A DNA stretch of 54,155 nucleotides, from the NCBI GenBank assembly GCA_963830365.1, contig CAWHMU010000034.1, forward strand, positions 1-54,155, given 5' to 3'. Position 1 is the first letter of the stretch; the number at the start of each line of letters is the position of its first letter. Positions 49,733 to 54,155 of the stretch are shown piece after piece. Source of the DNA: an uncultured Chlamydiae bacterium (GTDB taxonomy: Bacteria > Chlamydiota > Chlamydiia > Chlamydiales > Parachlamydiaceae). The position numbers were made by a program, and so were the translations under genes. A model generated the notes under the pieces. That model was not told the origin of the DNA, did not search any database, and saw nothing but the letters and a program-made list of their open reading frames with translations.

Positions 49733-50209
49733 GAAAAGGGGGCAAGCCCCCTTACCCCCCTTCCGCCTTCGTTGGACTTGGATTACCTTGATTTTTAAAG
49801 GAACTTGAGGGGGCAAGCCCCCTCAAACTCCCCCTTTAGCTGCAAGAACAACAAAAACTTGAGGTTATTAGCTTAACTTTTCCCATTTTTTGTCTAGACA
49901 AAGGGGACCACTTTAAGCTTATCTCCTATATCGATGCCAGCAACAGTAGGATCGATATATCCAAGCCTGTTTTTATGTTGTTGTTTTTTGAAATGATTGG
50001 AATTGCTATTATTAGACATGAACGATCTCCTTTTAGCTTTTTACTGTGAGAAAAAGAAAGCTATTATAAGAGATCGTTCTTTTTTTTTCGAATTATGACA
50101 ACCGTTACTTTCCAGATATCAGCGTTAAACCGCTTGGGCGCTACAAAGAGATGGGCTTCGCCTATGTCATGCTATGCATCTTTGTCCTGCATAACTGGAT
50201 GAACCCTAA

Positions 50210-50598
50210 GTCAACCACTCATTTGTGTGATGAGCCACAATCGCGTACCTGTCCGAGAGGATTCATTAAAAGACTTAATAATAGCTGGTTGAAAAACGAG
50301 AATTAACAATATATTTGCAAGGTTTTCTTTGAAACAAATCGTCATTCTAGCACAGAAGGTATAGTTAGCCTCGATAGAGGCGGAAGCAGGTAGCCATAGG
50401 TGTCAACCTATGGAATAAAATGTAGTATAAAGAGAGCCGTGAATACGGCGACAGCAATTTCTATGGAAGCTGAATTAGATGCAATTATTATAGTCTATAC
50501 TATCCTCTAGTCATTGCTGCCGCCGTATTCACGGCTTTGTTTCTAAACATGCGATGACCACCCGCTGACGCATGTGGCTACCTGCTTCCGCCTCTATC
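50210..50598. mobile_element. MITE-C end fused to MITE-A copy 5 (left part)
   Basis: GTCAACCACTCATTTGTGTGATGAGCC (50210-50236) abuts ACAATCGCGTACCT..; the interior runs to GCCTCTATC at 50598. Confidence 0.85.
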
Positions 50599-51229
50599 GA
50601 GGCAATTGCATAAGTGACAAAGAATTATTTTAAATAATTGTTGAATAAAAAAGGCTCCACAGGGTAATATGAAGCTTCTTAAAGAACCATTTACCGAGGG
50701 AGCCAAATGTCATTCAGAACAAATCTATCAAATTTCTGGAGTAATGTCCAATCAAGTCTTTTCCCTATGCTTGAAAATAACTTAGGGGAACTGTCTAAAA
50801 ATCACAAGAAGCTCGCTGCTATTTTGGAATTGGTAAGAATAGAAGAGTGGATTCCTTCGACTTACTGGAATTTCGGAAGACGAGCTCAAGATAAGCACTC
50901 CATAGCTAGAGCATTTATAGCAAAGATTGTTTTCAAATTACCCTATACTACTCAAATTATCGAACTTCTTAAAACAGATAAACAACTTCGAGTACTGTGT
51001 GGATGGAATGCATGGAGTAAGATACCCTCTGAATCAAAATTTTCAAGAGTTTTTAGTGAGTTTGCAAAATATTGTCTTCCAGAGAAGGTCCATCAAGCAT
51101 TAATCAAAGAGGTTTATAAAGATCAAATCGTAGGCCATGTCGTTAAAGACTCTGCACCTTTAAAAGCTCGAGAAAAAGCACTAAAAAAACCAAGCAAAGC
51201 AGTTCGTGTAAAATTAAAAAATCAAAGAC
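50599..51229 (+). mobile_element. IS5/IS1182-like IS, left part (interrupted by IS21)
   Basis: Left end GAGGCAATTGCATAAGTGACAA matches the MITE-B TIR; followed by a transposase 5' region. Confidence 0.8.
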
Positions 51230-51276
51230 TGGTAACAATCACTAAGAATGACCCACTTGTCGATCACTTAGAATGA
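50707..51276 (+). pseudogene. IS5/IS1182-like DDE transposase, N-terminal fragment
   Basis: LFPMLE..LELVRIEE, IARAFIAK, LRVLCGW..IPSESKFSRVF, GHVVKDS..ARE (first catalytic Asp region); reads into the IS21 end and stops. Confidence 0.8.
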
Positions 51277-51434
51277 CCCACCCTCGCGATCACTTAGAAC
51301 GACCCACTTGGCGGCAGCGCCTGATGAGGTCGTCTGTCGATCACTAAGAATGACCCACCTTCCAATCACTTAGAATGACCCACTTGGCGGTCGTGATCGG
51401 CAATACTCGTTCGCGATCACTTAGAATGACCCAC
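51238..51434 (+). repeat. IS21 left-end transposase-binding repeats (6 x 19 bp)
   Basis: ATCACT(T/A)AGAA(T/C)GACCCAC at 51238, 51263, 51289, 51340, 51365 and 51416. Confidence 0.9.
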
Positions 51435-51543
51435 TACTATTTTCAAATTAAGGGCTTAACTTCCTTCGATACTGATTTTTACTAACGCGTTTTGATGAAG
51501 CCACGACTAAACTCCAGGCCTCAACTTAACGCAAGGCATACAC

Positions 51544-53217
51544 ATGAAAGGAAAAGTAAAGACAATGACTCAAATTCGTAGCATCATTCAGCGCCTTAAG
51601 ATTGGTCAATCTCAAAGACAGATCCAACGAGAGCTCGGCATACATCGGACAATCATCAGAGCAGTACAGGAATTATCTCATATCCAGCATTGGCTAGACT
51701 CAGAGGCTCCTATGCCAAGCGATGAAGAAATCACAGATAAGTGGAATGTAAAGACAAAAGACCGATCTCATCCACTTGACGAGCATAAAGAGCAGCTAGA
51801 AGCCTGGAATAAGGATGGACTTTCCTCTATTGTTATCCATCAGTTGTTGAAGGACAAATGTATCTGTGATGTGCAGGCAATCAGACGATACCGAGCGAAG
51901 CATTTCCCCAATCCAATTGACCCTATTATGGTACGATCAACCACCCCTGGTAGTGATCTAGAACTTGATTTTGGTGAACTTGGACGTTTTCGCGATGACG
52001 CTGGAGTCATTAAAAGAGTTTGGCTATTTTCTCTTCGCCTTCGACATTCCAGGCAGGCACATCGAGAGATTGTTCTGGATCAAACGCTATCGACTTTTCT
52101 TAAAGGCCATATCAATGCCTTTGAATACTTTCATGGGGTGCCAAAGAAATGTATTCCAGACAATTTAAAGGCCGCTGTTATACGACCTACAACAGATAAT
52201 GACATGATTAACCGCAGCTATCAGGATTTTGCAGAACATTATGGCTTTGTCATAGCCCCCTGCGCACCACGAACTCCTGAGCACAAAGGTGGGGTTGAAG
52301 GAGATGTCAAGTACGTAAAAAGAAACTTTCTCGCTTATTTTCTTGCTAACCAAAAAATACTGGAAATCGAAACGTCTTCTATTAGTGATCTTAAAAATGC
52401 TCTTGAAAGTTGGTGTCGAGAGGTTGCTGATAAGAGAATTATCTATGGCGTAGGTCGAACTCCTTTAGAGATTTTTAATTCTGAGGAGAAAATTGCCTTA
52501 GGTCCTCTTCCTAAAACTCGCTGGGAACAAACTTCATGGAGACAATGCAATGTGCGAAGAGATTGGCGCATTATGGTTGACGGCGCATTTTACTCTGTTC
52601 CATATCAATTGATAGGAAAAACCGTTCAAGTATGTGTGACAGATTCATTGTTGCGAATCTTTTACGAAAGCAAAGAAGTGGCATTGCACGGCAGAACAAC
52701 CAAGAAGTGGGACTATAAACGTAAATCTGAGCATGCCCCTCCATTCAAAGAAGCTGTTTTGCAATGCACAAGGGAAGGATTGATTGATTTATCTGAAGCG
52801 ATTGGTCCATTTACCCATCAGATGGTTAAGGAGATCCTCAACCATCCGTTAGTAGACAAGCTGAAACCCGTTCGATGTCTCCTCAAATTAAAAGAAAATT
52901 ACTCCATAAGAGACCTGGAACTTGCTTGTGAGAGGGCACTAACTTGCAAGCTATTCTCATATGCCAGCGTCAAAAGTATTTTGGAAAAGAAATTGCAAAC
53001 AGAGGCTTTGGATAACTCAGTTGCAAAAGGAGCATCCTCCATAGAGCCTCTTCGATTTGCCAGAGATCCCGCTGATTACAAGACTACTTACTCATGTTCA
53101 GAGACGTTTGAAGAAAAGCTGGTGAGGCTCCATCCTATGTCGACCTCTGGAAACGCAATGATGGGGGCTTATGAAGCTCTACTGGCAGATCAGATCACAA
53201 AAGAGGTTGTCCTGTAA
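51544..53217 (+). CDS. istA: IS21 transposase IstA
   Basis: N-terminal HTH; ELDFG, LRHSR, PDNLKAAV, PEHKGGVEGDVKYV, FYSVPY. Confidence 0.93.
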   Translation: MKGKVKTMTQIRSIIQRLKIGQSQRQIQRELGIHRTIIRAVQELSHIQHWLDSEAPMPSDEEITDKWNVKTKDRSHPLDEHKEQLEAWNKDGLSSIVIHQLLKDKCICDVQAIRRYRAKHFPNPIDPIMVRSTTPGSDLELDFGELGRFRDDAGVIKRVWLFSLRLRHSRQAHREIVLDQTLSTFLKGHINAFEYFHGVPKKCIPDNLKAAVIRPTTDNDMINRSYQDFAEHYGFVIAPCAPRTPEHKGGVEGDVKYVKRNFLAYFLANQKILEIETSSISDLKNALESWCREVADKRIIYGVGRTPLEIFNSEEKIALGPLPKTRWEQTSWRQCNVRRDWRIMVDGAFYSVPYQLIGKTVQVCVTDSLLRIFYESKEVALHGRTTKKWDYKRKSEHAPPFKEAVLQCTREGLIDLSEAIGPFTHQMVKEILNHPLVDKLKPVRCLLKLKENYSIRDLELACERALTCKLFSYASVKSILEKKLQTEALDNSVAKGASSIEPLRFARDPADYKTTYSCSETFEEKLVRLHPMSTSGNAMMGAYEALLADQITKEVVL

Positions 53218-53282
53218 CAGAAAAAATAATTTTCAATAAAGTGGAGCCTGCCAAGCAGGTGTCATAAACCCAAGGAGAAAAA

Positions 53283-54050
53283 ATGGATTGCACCGAACTT
53301 ATCGCCAAAAAACTGAGCCGTTTGAAAATGACGGGAATATCAACAACGCTAGCACAACGGTTGGAAGAGGCTATGAAAGAAAAATGGGCCTACTCAACAT
53401 TTCTTGAGATACTGCTATCGGATGAGATCGAACGCAGAGAAAACAAGCAACTGCTTTTAAGGATGGCTAAGAGTCGATTAGACCCTGATAAGACCATCGA
53501 GACCTTCAACTTTGAATTCAATCCAAAGGCCCCTACCGCGATAATTCGGGAGTTATCTGCAGGAGGCTTCATTGAAAAAAAACAAAACATCTTCATCCTC
53601 GGCCCTAGCGGTGTAGGGAAAAGCCATTTAGCACAAGGGTTAGGGCATCAGATATGCCGTAGGGGATATGATGTGCTTTTTTACTGTACATACCAGCTCT
53701 TTGAGTGGATATATGCAGGGCGAGGTGATGGAACACATAAAAAGAGGCTTGCTCAGGTAATTAAAACGCCCCTGTTAATCCTAGATGATTTTGGCTTACA
53801 AGCCATTAACGAGGCACAGCAGCAGGATTTATATCAATTAATTGCCGAAAGGTATGAAAAGAACTCGATGATCATCACAAGTAACAGAGATTTCGATGAA
53901 TGGCCTAGCATTTTTGCTAATCCATTGATTGGAACAGCTGCTTTGGATAGACTGGTTCATAGAGGGGTACAGGTCATTGTGGAAGGTGACAGCTACCGAT
54001 TGGCCGAGTTCAAAAAAACTTGCGCGAAAGTAAAGAAAACGCAACAATAA
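53283..54050 (+). CDS. istB: IS21 helper ATPase IstB
   Basis: GPSGVGKSHLA Walker A, LLILDDFG Walker B, ITSN, AALDRLVH. Confidence 0.96.
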   Translation: MDCTELIAKKLSRLKMTGISTTLAQRLEEAMKEKWAYSTFLEILLSDEIERRENKQLLLRMAKSRLDPDKTIETFNFEFNPKAPTAIIRELSAGGFIEKKQNIFILGPSGVGKSHLAQGLGHQICRRGYDVLFYCTYQLFEWIYAGRGDGTHKKRLAQVIKTPLLILDDFGLQAINEAQQQDLYQLIAERYEKNSMIITSNRDFDEWPSIFANPLIGTAALDRLVHRGVQVIVEGDSYRLAEFKKTCAKVKKTQQ

Positions 54051-54155
54051 CAAACCAAATTGGACAACTAAGTAGTATTTAGGATTTTTCGTTAGTTTGA
54101 AGGACCCTTGAAGATAGAGGGTTGTTTTGCGTGTTTTTGGAGGTGGGTCATTCTA

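Larger units (their letters stand above)
48544..49915 (+). mobile_element. IS3-family insertion sequence (1372 bp)
   Basis: Imperfect TIRs TATAATGGTCCC..GACAA / TTGTC..GGGACCACTTTA; 3-bp TSD AGC at 48541-48543 and 49916-49918. Confidence 0.92.
47247..50019 (-). pseudogene. IS110-family transposase/recombinase interrupted by IS3
   Basis: Removing 48544-49918 restores a 465-aa ORF MSNNSNS..VAGIDIGDKLIHVAIP..VMEATGVYW..GRKTDVVDAQW..LSPGNNVSGGK (DEDD RuvC-like + Tnp20 motifs); AAGGAG RBS. Confidence 0.9.
51230..54155 (+). mobile_element. IS21-family insertion sequence (right end runs off the window)
   Basis: Begins TG at 51230; multiple terminal repeats; istA-istB; inverted repeat GTGGGTCATTCTA at 54143-54155. 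Confidence 0.93.

Noticed and set aside
51238..51434. Possible CRISPR array (six 19-bp repeats)
   Set aside because: Spacers are 6-7 or 32 bp, the repeat recurs inverted after istB, and no cas genes are present; these are IS21 end repeats.
1..54155. tRNA, rRNA, riboswitch, defence or toxin-antitoxin systems
   Set aside because: No recognisable motifs by eye; a covariance-model search would be needed to exclude small RNAs.

Overview
Bacterial chromosomal window, most likely from an environmental chlamydia (Chlamydiota, Parachlamydiales-like). This is inferred from the nrdR-dksA-lspA gene order, the Chlamydia-type single-Cys DksA and the ankyrin-repeat effector-like genes. GC-richer housekeeping blocks (dsbB, hemF, YbaK, TauE/DUF1634, LOG, nrdR, dksA, lspA, cinA, APC permease, TrmH, RluA, FUSC, HI0933) alternate with AT-richer accessory DNA. 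Accessory genes: three paralogous ankyrin+membrane proteins (two ending in an HPD J-domain-like module), a frameshifted GH81 beta-1,3-glucanase followed by an outer-membrane beta-barrel, and a BON protein with Q/N/Y/G repeats. Six IS elements: two ISL3, an IS110 interrupted by an IS3, and an IS5/IS1182-like element interrupted by an IS21. The most striking signal is intergenic: a nested, target-specific set of non-autonomous foldback elements. ISL3-ended MITEs with 8-bp TSDs carry REP-like hairpin cargo. These MITEs are in turn hit at fixed CTC-N4-G(A/T)G sites by elements with GAGG..TTGCA ends and 4-bp TSDs, including the transposase-carrying IS at 50599. No rRNA, tRNA or CRISPR array was seen.
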